DNA from: the human T2T-CHM13v2.0 reference genome, Homo sapiens
DNA: 64,000 nucleotides
Reading direction: 5' to 3' (one strand)
Assembly: GCF_009914755.1 (NCBI RefSeq)
Contig: NC_060929.1
How positions within the stretch are numbered: the first letter of the stretch is position 1; each line of letters begins with the position of its first letter. The notes below the pieces were generated by a model. That model worked only from the letters and a program-made list of their open reading frames with translations, was not told the DNA's origin and made no database searches. Made by a program: the position numbers and the translations under genes. Below, one piece after another: positions 14,721 through 31,957 of the stretch.

Positions 14721-15320
14721 AAAATAGGTAGATTGTTCTTTCTTTTAATCTGAAGAGCATGGCTTCAAAATAACTATGTTATAGGTATTTCTGAATTACC
14801 ACTTAATAAATTCATTTTATTAAAATATTTCAATCTTATATAATCTAATACCATTAAACAAAAGCCTACTTTTCTTAATTTGCCCTAGTAGTCAAAAGAC
14901 AGGCAGTAATGATGCTTAACATTTACTAAAAAATGATTAATAACCTAAAATTAATTCAGTGAAAAGCTAATGTCCCAAGACAAAAGTAGGCTAATCTATT
15001 TATTAATTTAAGTAGGTTAATCTATGTCACCTTTCAGTGAAGAAATTTATAGATTTACAAAACAATGTTAACTAAATCTGATTAGATTAACAGCTTATTC
15101 TGACCAAGATTCCCAGGAGGAATCATGGGACAATTTCAATGCTGGTTTCAGTAAAGGACTCTTTCCAGGTCACCTTTATCCTAAAATGCTGGTAAAGTCT
15201 CAAAGTAAGTAAATGCTACAAAACAAAGATTTCAGCTAACAGAACCCATTGGGCTTTTAAGCTATCTGGAAGAGAAAATACATATGCTTATCACACTTCT
15301 GTACAAACATTTTACTATGG

Positions 15321-15440
15321 ATTTTTAATGAATATATATATATACATTATTTAAATATATATATTCATTAAATAATGTATATATATATTTAAATAATGTA
15401 TATATATATTCATAAAAATATACATATATATATATATATA
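15321..15440. repeat. AT-rich (TA)n compound repeat containing a near-perfect 99-bp palindrome
   Basis: Base-by-base pairing about the centre at 15371-15372. Confidence 0.9.
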
Positions 15441-15735
15441 TTTTTTTTTTTTTGAGACGGAGTCTCGCTCTGTCACCCAGGCTGGAGAGCGGTGGCGCAA
15501 TCTCGGCTCATTGCAAGCTCCGCCTCCTGGGTTCACGCCATTCTCCTGCCTCAGCCTCCAGAGTAGCTAGGACTATAGGTGCCCGCCACCACGCTCAGCT
15601 AATTTTCTGTATTTTTTAGTAGAGACGGGGTTTCACCATGTTAGCCAGGATGGTCTCGATCTCCTGACCTCGTGATCTGCCCATCTCGGCCTCCCAAAGT
15701 GCTGGGATTACAGGCGTGAGCCACCATGCCCGGCC
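15441..15735 (-). mobile_element. AluY-like element
   Basis: AluY-type gcaagctccgcc and cacgccattctcc; TSD TAATGAATATAT (15326-15337, 15736-15747). Confidence 0.92.
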
Positions 15736-15813
15736 TAATGAATATATTTTTTATAACAACATATGCTGAAGCCGTTTGTATTCTGGATTTAACCATTCAA
15801 GAAATCTGAATTA

Positions 15814-16032
<219 letters not shown>

Positions 16033-16221
16033 CTATCAAAAATGAGATTAAGAGTTTACAAGTTAAAAAAAAATTGTATCTAAAAAAAAATTTCACTTTC
16101 TCAAAGGAAAATTAAATTGCACTTGTTTTCAGAGACACATTGCTACATTCATCTTTCCAGATTTGCCAATTTTTCCAAACATATCAGAGGATGATAAACA
16201 TCCTATTAAGCTGTTCATCCA

Positions 16222-16285
16222 TGGCTGGTTAGCTCAGCTGCCTAGAGTGCTGTATTACTGTGGAAAGGGCAATTAGATTCACTTT
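16222..16285 (+). mobile_element. Ancient tRNA-derived SINE head (MamSINE1-like)
   Basis: GGCTGGTTAGCTCAGCTGCCTAGAG tRNA-Ile-like A-box followed by gggcaattagattc; subfamily from memory. Confidence 0.45.
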
Positions 16286-17292
16286 CACTGGACACCAAGG
16301 ACAAGTCTCACTCATCTTCATGACTTAGTAGTTGCTGTTTTAAAGACTCAGTCCTAGGACAAGGAAGATAACACAATTTTTCAGTTCTTAAGAAAAGTTT
16401 AAGCCAAAGGAAAGGCTCAAGATTTTAATTATATTCTAATAGGCAAGCAGAAAAGTCACTTCATCATTCCAAGTGAAGCATTTATATGACTATCTATCCC
16501 TCATTCATTTGATCTTTTCTTCTTTCCTTCATCCTTCACAGCAGCTTCAGGGTAGGGAGAAGGAGAAAAGTCCAACAGCAGTGAGTTGGAAGGGAACTTT
16601 TTATGCATAGAAAAGATTATGCATAACGACTTCTCTTTTTAAGAAAGCTGTGAAAAAAAGAAACGTGAAGGGAATATGGAATTTAGAAGTTTTTTCTTTT
16701 CATTTGTTTGGTCATTTATTTTTATAAATCTTATTTTGCTGTTTACTTCAGCAAGTTAATATTTTAGTCCTGCTACTCTTAAAAAAACAAATGAATGCTT
16801 TTAATATCTCACAAGGGGGTGCTAGTTAACAATATAGACACTTGATCATACTTATTAGCTTTAGTTTTCTATTTTTTCTTATCTGACCACCCCACCCAAT
16901 ATATGTTTCTTATCATATATCTGAAATATATATATACTTCAGTTATAGGTGACCAGTATTATTGCTAAAAGTACAAAAATCAACAAAATTACAAGAATCA
17001 TTAAAATCTTATGCAGATCAAATACTTTTACAAAAAGTTAAATGCATACCTCCATATTATGAAACAATTTCTGCTCCAAATAATAACTACCTTATTTTAA
17101 GGAACACAGACATCATCAAATTCCAGAATAAACAAATGGGGACTATTTCCTAGAATTTATGATGAAATCTGATTACTATATAAAGAAAGGCACATGACAG
17201 CCTTAGATCTGGGTTTCAGGTCTAGCCGTGCCACTAATTAATGTGTGGTAGTTCTTCCTTTAGGATTCATTTTCCTATAAAACAAGACAACT

Positions 17293-17658
<366 letters not shown>

Positions 17659-19564
17659 TTAAATTCTATGATTCCAACTGAAGTAGACTCAATCTCTGAA
17701 TATTAACTTAATCCTAAGATTAAGGGGATAGCTACTTTAGGGATCTTACAGTATTGTATAGTTTGCATTTCTGATTGGAGAATGGACAATAGCTGGCAGC
17801 AATTTCTTCTATCACAACACAAAATAATTACTGTTTCCATGAACTCTTCCATAGATAACCAGCAACCCAAATTCCCTATAAAATAAAGTGACTCTAAGAT
17901 AATATATAAACTACAAACCTAAAAATTTTAAAATATAGCTTGCTAAAGATAACTTTTAGTATCACAAAAGCACTAATCTAGCAGAAATTGGATTTTTTTC
18001 CATTCAGTTCTAAATTCTTGTAATTATCTTTAAATTCCTGACAAGACTCCCTGGAATAGCATCTATCAAAACTGTGCTTTGTTCATCTAAAGATCTACAA
18101 GGACTAAGTGTACAGCCACTACACATAACTACAGTTATATTCATTTTCATTGGACTCTAAGGACAAGTCTCAAACAGGCACTCATCTTTGCCACTCAGTC
18201 ACTGTTTTAGCATCTTATGGGATGTCTCTGCTTCCTTGAGTATGTATTTATCCAGATAATCTGGGAACATCAGAGATCATTAGAGAGGACCTAATCTGGG
18301 CAATCTCACCTTTCTAAAGTTTATGTCCTTACACAATCAAAGGCTAATAGATCTTTTATCATTCTGGATCCATGATAAGAATTATTGAGAGTAAGTCTAT
18401 CTAATATCTGCTTGAGAACTCCAAAAATAAAAAACCTACCAATATATATATAACATAGACAAATCAAAATGTTTAGTCTCTTTTTGTTTCTATGTCAAAA
18501 TGAAAGAAAAGATAAACAACAGAATATTGACTTTTTTTACTTAGTTTACAAAATAATCCCTGAAATGTTAACTATTTTGCAGCTTAATGAGGGTCTTTAC
18601 AATTTATTGTGAAGATAACATTGAACTTGTTCTTGGTGTAATTTTTTTCCCAACAGTGCTTAGGCAAAAGCAATAGCATTCTGATCTAACACATCTGAAG
18701 AGTTAAAAGGGAATACATTTAATACATTATTTCATATTTAAAATAATATTATATTATATAAAAATATACCTTATAACCCTATACTGCTAGACATTCCAGT
18801 CTTCTATGGCATTTTTCCAGTAGTGGTGATGGAACACGCTTAAGTAACATTCCTCAGTACTTTTGTGATCAACAGCCTATATATGACACAGTTAGCTCAG
18901 GTGAGGCCATAACTGTGGCATTTCTAACAGTTACCACATAAGATACATCCCCATCCTTCAAGAAGCTAACTACACGTAAAAATATCTAAATATGTATGTT
19001 AAATAATTTAGTAACTATAGGTAAAACTCTTTAAACCATATTGATGCAAAATGGAAATAAAACTGTTTCTTGAAAATATGTGTATAGTTCAGATTTTCAG
19101 TACCAGGTAATAAAGTATCATTAAGCAGACATTCCTTTAGGCCTCTTTCAATAATTGGTGCTCTCTTAATAATCAGTAGCCAAAAGCAGATAATCAAACG
19201 ATATGCAAAATCTTGAAATATTTTCTTAAAATTCCCTTTTGCCTTATTTCATGGAAATATAAACTTTGCTCCTATAAATCACAAATAAATGCAAGATTGA
19301 TAGAATCTAAATTCAAGAATGTAAATGTACTGAATTATCACATGCACCTTGAAACTATGTAAATCTATAATGCATCAATTTAAAAAGTCCTTTCTGATAG
19401 CATTATATATTGTATTAAACACTTACATAGTGCAAAGTACTTTAATCACCCAAACTCCTGTTGTAGAAGATCTAAATTACACACATTTTTGTCTGGTATA
19501 AACAATGCCAATAAAATATATATTGTGTGCAAGATTTTTCCCCCACTTACAAAATATGTATTTA

Positions 19565-19720
<156 letters not shown>

Positions 19721-19890
19721 CTAAATAAGAGAAAAGATGTTAGCCAATTTTCCTGATAGCTCCCTCTCTTTCAAACTGACTAAAAGACTCTATTTGATAT
19801 GACATAATCCCTAAGACTATGAAAACTATTATTCCTTCATCAATATTATTTAATAAATTCAACATTTCCTTTGTACTAGGACAAACTAAC

Positions 19891-19944
19891 CTTTCCATGA
19901 TTTGAGTCCAGAATATGAGCCACATTTCCTGCTACAACACCTCC
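19891..19944 (-). CDS. SKIC3: SKIC3 exon 35, 54 nt, GGVVAGNVAHILDSNHGK
   Basis: ttctag acceptor, AAG|gttagt donor, phase 0-0. Confidence 0.93.
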
Positions 19945-20609
19945 CTAGAACAGAAAATATTGATGATTTATACAAATGCAGAAACTTTCATGAAAAAGAA
20001 AAAATTAAGATTGATAAGACCTTTCCACTAAATCACTGGAAAGGTTCAGTTTTACCACATTCACAACTCCTAAACTTCTTAAAAGTATCAATTTATTATT
20101 GTTGTTTGAAAAGACTAATAATCTTGTGAAAGGAAATCTTTTCTACTGTGACCAACTCTACTTTCAAAATATTCATTTGAAGGTTCAAAAGTTATATAAT
20201 TTTACCAACGAAATGTACACATTTTCTAACAATATAAAATATAAAGACTGAGAGAGATCACAAAGATAAACTAACATGGCTTACTATATGAAAATACATA
20301 GTATTTTTAAAACTTACATACTCTAGTAAAATAAATAAAGTTCAAGGCACCGTGAAGCTCATCATTGCTTCAATAATCAACTCAATACTAAAAATAAGAA
20401 AAATACATGTAGCATCACAGTGTTTTCATTAGGTCAATTTGAAATCTATAACTTTAAATAATTGCAGCTACTTCAAATGGCTGTTGAGATTATAAAAATG
20501 CTGATAGCTGACACATAATAAAGCACTTTATTCAGGTAATTTTAGAGTCGAGTAACAATGGTCTTCCAGGTCCTTTGAGCCAACTTACTCACTAAAAATA
20601 ACTAAAAAT

Positions 20610-20790
20610 ATGAAATAAAACCCTGCTGATCAAACTGTGGCTTGTGCATCTGCAGCGTCCACACTCTCTAAGAGGTTGTTAGATGTGCAGAATATTGGGT
20701 CCCATCTCAAGCCTACAGAATTAGAAGCTGCATTTTCACAAGATGACCAGGTGACTTCAGTTGCACATTAAAGTTTGAAAAGCACTGAGA
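20610..20790. mobile_element. MER5A-like hAT remnant (approximate)
   Basis: ctgcattttcacaagatgaccaggtgac...cacattaaagtttgaaaagcactg. Confidence 0.6.
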
Positions 20791-20867
20791 TAAAAGATTT
20801 TAAAAACATATTCTTAAAAGCACTGAAAAATTGACAAGATATTAAGGACTTACCAGGCCAAAACTGA

Positions 20868-21251
<384 letters not shown>

Positions 21252-22336
21252 TAACAAATTTTAATTTTAATCCTGAAAGATGTATGGGCTAGTAGGACAA
21301 AAATTAAGGCCCAGGTTAACACAAGGAGGGGAGTATAGAGGAGACCTACATCAGAATAAGCTGAGACCCCAACAGGCCACACCCTAAGGTTCAAGGTGAA
21401 TCAGAATTACTCCAGGTCTCAAGAACTAGCAACCCAAGCACAAAGTAGCCTGCTTTGTCCAAAAACCCCAAGTTCTAAACTTTGTATAACGTAGTCCCAG
21501 ATTGATGGACCTCCCAAGCACCCAGCAGAAGCAAGTACAAATTATTTCTGTAGAAAGGCACCTTAATTCTAGGCCTCAAATTATTCCTACAAATAATTTT
21601 CAAGTACACACAATTGGGTAAACAAAGAAACAAAGCCACCAAGAATGAAAATCAGTAGGAATAACGAACAAGACTCACAGATGTCAAACAAGTCTGTGGG
21701 TCTTGCAGACTTCAGATGTTGGAATTATTAGTCGTGGTAAGTGTTCAAAACATTAGCTATTACCATTATGTTTACCAACTAGTGAAGTGAACTATGAGAG
21801 GATATATTAACCACAGAAGTTAATAGAAGAATAGACTCCTGAAAATATCTGGATGCTACAAACTAAAATATAGTATATAATCCTTCATAGAGTGTCAGTG
21901 ACTTCATATTTATAATTACATTTTTGTATATTAGCAGTGTTCTAGTTCTTACTGCCTTATCTTTAAGCTGATTTTAAATAAAATTATATTTTGGGATTCA
22001 AAAACACATAGCTAATGATTACTATGTGGCAGTGTTACATTACTTTATCACATATCATTAACATAATCTGCATGTGTTCAAAGAGATCTTCATACTTCTT
22101 TGTAGCTCCCACTTCTTTGTACGTCTTTGTAGCTCCCACAACATCTAGAACAGCGCAACCGTATATGGAGAAAACTCAGTCTAGTATTCGTTGAATGACT
22201 AATGGAAAATTTAGTTAATAACAGAACTTTCTTCATTGTACAAATTATCTTGCAGAAGAATAATGCCATAGTTTAAAATTATCATATTTACCATATCACA
22301 AGTTATTTTATCTCTTTGCTAGAATTTGAAATGTTA

Positions 22337-22450
<114 letters not shown>

Positions 22451-23295
22451 TTACTTTAACCACAAAATGTACAAGCAACCAACAATTTATTAAGTTTAAA
22501 ACTTTTCTTAATATCTAAAACAAGTTCATATTAATTGCGCATGTTTGGTTGAAAGTATTTTTAGAAAACATACTTTATATCACCTATATACACCAACAGT
22601 CTTTATGAAAATAAGAAGAAAAAAATCAACAATGGATGATTATAAAGTCATGAGATAATTAAGAAAAGTTAAGGAAATTTAACACACTGTGTTCAAACAC
22701 AAAGAGATTAAAAATTATAGGATAAGTAATACTGCATGGCAGGAAGATGACTACTAATAAAAATGACATAAGGAATAAGCTTTATATTAAAATAACTAAA
22801 AAAAAACCCAGCAAAGATTGTTAACAAAAATGAACTCTAAAAGGAAAAGAGACTACAGACATGACACTTTACTGCTAAAAATAAAACATAATAATTAACC
22901 ACTGCTACTAATGACAGCTTCCTTTTATTAAACTTTTGAAGAAATTAATGAATCTTTAAACGGCTGAAAATTACTAAAACCATCAATCTAGACAGTACCA
23001 GACAACAGACTAAGAATATTACAAACTTGGGAATTAAGAGCTTTAATAGTAAAACAAAGTTTGGGCCTTAACCTGACTAAGGGCCAAATTTATCAATTGA
23101 ATTAAAAAAACACAATCCTTATAGGTAAAATAATATATACAGTCAGTTACCTGGTCCTGTGTAAAATTTCATAAAACCAGGGTTTGGTTTTCAAATGTAT
23201 ATTCTTACCTTATTTTATAGTATTAATAAAGTCCCAATGTCAAATGCAACCATATCAAGTATAATTAGGTTCCAGGTTCACAAATACAGAATTTA

Positions 23296-23544
<249 letters not shown>

Positions 23545-23548
23545 TTAG

Positions 23549-23929
<381 letters not shown>

Positions 23930-24074
23930 CTAAACTCAACTTTAAGATTAATATAAAAGCAAATTTCTTGGTGGTTAAGAGATAGCAATTTCCCTGACTG
24001 AAGCAGTTAAAAGCATCAATGACTTTTCACAGACCAACAAAAGCCAAACTTATTTTCTGGTCATTACACCTAAG

Positions 24075-24468
24075 TGATATGGTTTGGACCTGTGTCTCTG
24101 CCCAAATTCCATGTTGAATTGTAATCCCCAGTGTTGGCGGTGGGTCTAGTGGGAGGTGATTGGATCATGAGGCAGAGTTCTCATGAATGGTTTAGCACCA
24201 CCTCCATTTGGTACTGTATAGTGAATTCTCACGTGATCTGGTTGTTTAAAAGTGTGCAGCACTTTTCTCTTCCTCCTGCTCTGGCCATGTAAAACATGCC
24301 TGCTTCCCCTTCACTTCCTGTCATGATTGTAAGTTTCCTGAGGCCGCCCCAGAAGCAATGCTGCCATACTTCCTGTGCAGCCTGCAGAACCTTGAGCCAA
24401 TTTAACCTCTTTTCTCTGTAAATTACCCAGTCTCAGGTATTTCTTATAGCAGTGTGAGAACTAATACA
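24075..24468 (+). mobile_element. MaLR solo LTR (MSTA-like)
   Basis: TG...CA termini, 5-bp TSD CTAAG (24070-24074, 24469-24473); visibly homologous to 173-583. Confidence 0.9.
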
Positions 24469-24947
24469 CTAAGTTTTAGAAACAAATATAAATTAGCTTC
24501 TTTGAGTTTCAGCTCCAGGTAAGTAATTAGCACAATTTTGCTAAAATGTTGAGTTCCAATAAAATCTTAGAAGGTATAAATAATAAAAAAAACTCTTCAA
24601 TTAAAATATGATTTTTATCTTTCTGATAAAGATTTGTCCTATTTGCTCTATGGTATTGAAACCAGCACTTTACATAATAAGTACAAATTGTCTCTATATC
24701 CACTATACTCCAAACGAGTATTTTTATAATTTAAGGATAATTTACATTTTATAGGTAAACATCTAGCATTTTTTTTCCTCTTTCAACTATAAAATCTGAC
24801 TTAGCCTTATGGAGGAAAATTCATTAATGTTTAGGAATCCCAGTTAATTTAAATAAAGAAAATCTTAGCTCTCCACTAACAACCAAACTTATAAGAATTA
24901 TTATGAATTTTATACTGTAATAAAAATAAAGGAATTTTTTTAAAAAC

Positions 24948-25735
24948 TTTTTTTTTTAACTTAAGTAGTTTTATTTTATGGGCAAATAATGAACAGATGT
25001 TGTACCCATAAATTCTACTTTCCAAAAACGGGAGCTTTTTAAAAGAAAACCACATAATAACTTTTAAAAGGCGCTGGGATTCCTCTGCTTCTAGATCATT
25101 GCTAGGCTAGAAAAATAAAGTTTGTTGTACCAGGAATCACAAGTTAGAACTGAGTATTCTCCAAAGCGGAAATTCTAGAGTGTAGTATCACTAGAGACAA
25201 AGACTATTTGGTTTTCATCCCTAAATTCCTACCAGAAGGGTTAAACCAGGTCAAAACAGTCCAGCATAATTAGGCTTCATCAAACAATGTCATTATGCTC
25301 TTCTAAGATGCAAATAAACCAAAACAGGAAATACTAAAATCAAAATAATATCTGACACTGTCATACAAATCGTTAGTTCCTTGTTGTATCCCCCCTTCTT
25401 TAACATTAATAAAGGGAATATTTTACTCAAAGAACATTTTATTTTATACATCACTAACCATGAATTTTTGCCATTAGTTATTATACAAATGCTGCCTAGT
25501 ACCATTATCCAAACGGCATAACCATTTTACGTCCACAATTCACTTCTATAGTTATAAGGAGAATTTTCATGATTTACATAAGTACATCTATCGGTGAAGA
25601 TTTAACACTGAGATGCAATCTAACATCCGTTAATATCTGATGTTTTGTAGATGGCAATGTAGGAAAGATATATTTTAATCACTTTTCATTTAAATGACCT
25701 TATATAACAAATTAATAATTTAGCAGGTCTAAGTT
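24948..25735 (-). pseudogene. Probable processed-pseudogene fragment (3'UTR only, parent gene not identified)
   Basis: Minus-strand AATAAA (24970-24975) 12 nt before an A10 tract; UTR-like sequence unlike any TE I recognise; no clean TSD, right boundary uncertain. Confidence 0.5.
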
Positions 25736-27798
25736 TTAAACAATGCTCACTGAAATATAACAGAAATATTTATAACATTATAAAATGTCACATATCTACC
25801 ATTACGTCTTTGGACTATTTTTGGAAGGGGGAAATTAAAAGTTTTGTACTTCATTTTGACAAACAAGTATCAAATCATGAATTTTCTGAGGCAGTTCTGA
25901 AGTAAACAGCTTACTTAAAGTATCTATAGTAACTCTTTTTACAATAAGAGTTAATACATATGTGTCCAAATATGGAAGTATGTCAGTCAGTGTCATGTCT
26001 AGCAAATAACCACATGGCTAATGGGTACAACTAAAAAAGCCAAAAAGCAGATAGTAAAATATAAATTTCAATATTGATAACAAAAAAAAGGAATTCTACT
26101 TTGTGCCTTGCTCAAAGGAAAAAAAATCTACCTACTTTAATACTTACTAATAAACAAAATCTAAATTATGACTGAAATGACTACATTCTAGTATTAAGCA
26201 AACACGTGCTGAATGCTCAATATCTGTATGTTGTCTTTTACCATGTTCTAAGGATTTTACACATGGTTACTTATTATCACAGTCTATAAAGTTGGTAACC
26301 AGACTTTTTTCCCATAATGAACTTAATCCTATTCCCCTTAAATCAGTGTCTAGTACACTGCTCAGTTCACAACATATGAATGCCAAACAACAGCAATATA
26401 GACTAAGGAACTGAACTTTTTCATAGAATGAAAATCAAACAAAATAATGCCAATGGGTAGAGGTGGAAGCAGTTGGTAGTGTCAAGTTTGGGTGAAGACA
26501 GGCAGAAAATCAAAAACAAAGAAAGAAACATAAAAAACAAAAAACCTAGGCTTGGATCCAACAACATAAAACATCGGGGTAAAGGTTTGCCTTCACATAG
26601 GAGAAGGGGAAAAAAAGAAAAAAAAGATTGTATATATATATATTTTTTCCCACTTTCATTTCCTGTCTTAAGCAATAACCAAAGACTAATCTAATGACTC
26701 TAATATGGGGTTACTTTTGCCCTTGATAACTGCAGTAATCATGAGTATCTATGATTCTTGTCACCAAGCCATTTGCAAATTTAAGTTCTTGGAACATGTT
26801 ATATATAACGATAGATACATGTTAAAATGATATAGCCATGTAAAGTGACAGGATTTTCTTTTAAATGGGTTGGCTTTTCCTAACCAGCAAAGAGGAAGAA
26901 AAAAATTGCTTATTTATTAGACAAGGAAATGACTGTAATGGCACAGGATAGGACAAAGGCATTACATCAAATAAACAAATGTAAAGTTTATCCTATAGAA
27001 CTGGTTCTCAACCAGTACCATCTAACCATCTCCATCCCCCCACCTTTGGAGATGGGGTAGTTACAGAGGCAATTTTTTTGATGTCACAATGACTGAGGAG
27101 TGCTAATATTAGCACTTAGTGGGTGGGAGGCAAGGATATAAGCTTTTTGCAATGGGAGGATATCTCTGTACCATGAAGATTGGTATCACTCAAAAATGCC
27201 AATAAAACACTCACTGAGGCCACTGTTTAATAGCATACATTAATCACTACTGCTTGTGAAGGAATTCAGGTCACTTTTCAAAAAACTAATCTTCAGTGAA
27301 GTTAAATAGTATTATATAAGTAACCACAAATAACACAGGTCGTTATTTTATTAACCTACTCCAAAAACACAGAAATAGTTTTAAGTTTTGTTACACATTT
27401 TTAAAAAGATTTACCTTTAAATGAACCTTTTAACAGGTTATCTTGAAAAGGAAAGAAGAAAATATCTCTTTGGGAATCCAAGAAGCCAAAAGACAAGGCT
27501 TCATTACAACTATCTTCATTAAAATTTTAAGATACTAATTATCAGGTGATCAGTTTCTCTTTTAAAAAAACAAATAATATGCAACAGAGTAATGGACAGT
27601 TTCGAAGAATCCAATAGATCAAGGGATAAGAATTAAATCACAATCTGTAGCTCCACCTGTGACTATCAATTCAGAACCAGGTGGGCCCAATCCCTTTTGT
27701 TCACCCAAAAGTTCCTAAAACATGAAGAACTTACGCTTTCTCCAATTCTCAACCCAAATATCTAAGTATCTGGTCATGTTAAGTGTTGATGTCAACTA

Positions 27799-28023
<225 letters not shown>

Positions 28024-28739
28024 CTAAATACAATTATATCTTTGTATTCTCCTGTTCTCAAGCAGATAGAATAAAAATTTATAATAATCTAACTTGTTTT
28101 CACTGTTCCAAGGTGATTCTGAAGTATCATTAGGATTATTATGCGACAATCCCTAACTTCTACGTTCGGAATCTATATGGGGATCTAGGTCACTGTCTTT
28201 ACGAGCCAATTTGGGTCAGAAGCAGAGGCCTGCAGCCACTGAGATATCACCAAAACTCCCACGTGCAGCCCAGCAACTCCATCAAGCAGTAGATATTTCA
28301 ATGCTCTATACACATGTGGGCTAAGCCCATATATGTGAAAATGCATCATATAACATATTTGGAGAAATCAAAATCTATTACTAACAATGGTTGAGGTCTT
28401 CATTTATCAGAAATTAACATCTAAGCAGTGTAGAGTAGTAAACATTTGTTTTCAAATGCTAAGTCACATTATTTGCCATAAGTGATCTTGGGCCCCAGTT
28501 TCCTCATCTGTATAATGAATACTCAGCTCATAACACTACTATAAAGACTATTCATCATAATAACATTCTAAATGAGGTAACAGATAAAAAAGTGCCTAGT
28601 ATTGCTGCTGACTCCTAGTCAGATTTTAATAAACATTGCAACCCCCACCCCATCTCATTATTACATCTTTCTGTATGTGTGCTCATCATGATTAAACTCG
28701 ACTCTAAATGTGTCCTTAGCTTCAGAGCAATATACTTAC

Positions 28740-28864
28740 CTTTGCTGCTCTCTTTATAAAGCCCCTTCATGAATAAAGCCAATGCAAAACCTATGATGTC
28801 TTCTAACACTTCAAGGGGTGTTGACTTAAAAGCCTGGATAGCTTTATCATATTCACCAGTGGAA
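28740..28864 (-). CDS. SKIC3: SKIC3 exon 31, 125 nt, [41 protein letters not shown]
   Basis: tcttag acceptor, G|gtaagt donor, phase 2-1. Confidence 0.95.
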
Positions 28865-28952
28865 CTAAGAAGTAAAGCACAACTTACTTTTAATATCAAA
28901 AGTAATTCTGGTGTGTATCATCAAAATACTGAGATATAATTACACTAAGTTG

Positions 28953-29272
<320 letters not shown>

Positions 29273-29634
29273 TTTACACTAAGTTTCTTCTGATAATTTC
29301 ATGTGTACTTCCTTTTTTATAGTGGTCTACTAAATTACGAAGTGTCTCTTTTTTTTCTTAACAAGCTTTAATTAAAATCCCAAATTATAAAAATAATTTC
29401 AAGTTGACTTTAATATGGATCTCTAATTTTTTTAAGCTGAATACTTAATTAAATATTACCCTATGAGTATGATTCTAGCATCTTTGCCAAGCTTAACAAG
29501 TCATAAAATGCCTAGTCAGAATCAAACCTATCTTTTGTGTAAACTGTTTATCTGCACATTTTTTTTTTCTTTTTTGGAGGGCATACAGATACACTAAAAT
29601 TCCACAAACAAAATATTATTCTTTTTTGTGTTTA

Positions 29635-29941
<307 letters not shown>

Positions 29942-30457
29942 GAGGGAGGAAAATATAAACTGTAATATATACTAAAGTGCAATACTTATTAATAACAGAA
30001 AAATAACTTGTTTTTGCCTAAAGATAAAAGGAACTTGTATAAGCTCAACTGCCATCATCTGAAGAGAAACACTATATCTTTGAGATTCTTCTTTCTGGTA
30101 TCCATCACTATAACCTGAATCTGTTTTTATTTTTAATGTGTTGTGGAAATCTTTTTATAAAATCTTTTTAATCTTGGAGGATATGAATGGGGGCTAAAAA
30201 TATAGGCAACCTTCACTTCTAAATAAGTTTTCTAAAGGTGAAAGGAATTATAAAATCAATACTCAAATTTTGATAAAGGAAAGAGGACTACCTTAGATTG
30301 TTTTTGGATACATACATATATATTAAAAGTATTTCTTTAAATAAACACTATCTTCTAAGATGTGCGTGCTTTTGTGGAGAAAATAATGGAACTACAGAAG
30401 GGAATGTGGGTGCTTCCACAAATCTATCTGAAATTTTTTTGGAAAAAGTAACCTGAA

Positions 30458-30834
<377 letters not shown>

Positions 30835-31858
30835 TTACTGCATGTTTGCACATTTCATACATTTCATAATAAAAGTAAACTTAAAAAAAATCTGTTTTCA
30901 ATGGAAGGTATATATTTTCTTCTAAAATACTTACATTAGTACTTAGATTATATAAAACATCAAAACTAAAAAGAACAGATACTTTATTCTATACAATATC
31001 TGTCCTCTGCTTCAACAAAATCTTGGAACTGACAGCTCTATCAACTTTTAAGTATTTTTTTCAACTTTTAAATTTAACAGTTTAAAATAATTGAAAGGAG
31101 AGGCAGTCAGAACAGTTCAATCTTCCAATTTTGGATATAATTCAGGTACACAATTATAAAAGAAAATAACTGGCTACCTAAGGTCTGCCAGGTAGCTCCT
31201 TAAAAGATGTAGCACTAATCCTAAGACATCAAAGTATAGTTCTAACAGTGTTTTTCAAACTGTACCATTCAACTTTAGGGCAGCTCTAGGATGCTGCCTT
31301 AACTTGAATCAAAAACCTTCCTCCTACAATACTTCTATTCTCTGGTCCTAGTTCTACCCTCTAAAACAACTGGTTCTTAATCTTTCTTTCTTTTATTCTT
31401 TTTTAGAGTTAGAAGTCTCTGAAAAACTGAGGAAAGATATAGAGCTCATTCCCCATCCCCAAAAGGTACCCACACAACAATTTTTGTGTACTGTTTCAAA
31501 GGGGTTACTGGACCCCTAATGTCCCTCCCCGGTTTAATAATATATAGCAAATCAGAATAAATCTAATTCCTCTTCCAATTAACGAGGCTTCTACTGTTAG
31601 AGACAGTCACTACCTCTCTTCCAAATGTTCTCATCTCCAGTCAACAAACCATGAGTTCTAACTCTGCTCCACATAAAGCACACTGGGGTTGGTTACCATT
31701 ATAGGTATAGGAAACTGTTAACAGAGCCTGTTTCTATGGAAATTATGTATCCTACATGTACCAGTATTCTAGGAACTAGTCAGCATATCAGCAGTCCCAT
31801 AGCTTTCACCAGAAAAATACAATCAATTGACAGAATTAATGGAGAAAAAATACGCTTA

Positions 31859-31957
<99 letters not shown>

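Noticed and set aside
16222-16262. Possible tRNA-Ile gene (GGCTGGTTAGCTCAG)
   Set aside because: Only a decayed 5' half, with no T-arm/B-box or acceptor stem; better explained as an ancient tRNA-derived SINE head.
28311-28337. Imperfect hairpin CACATGTGGGCT-A-AGCCCATATATGTG
   Set aside because: Short, needs a bulge and a wobble pair; within chance expectation for 64 kb.
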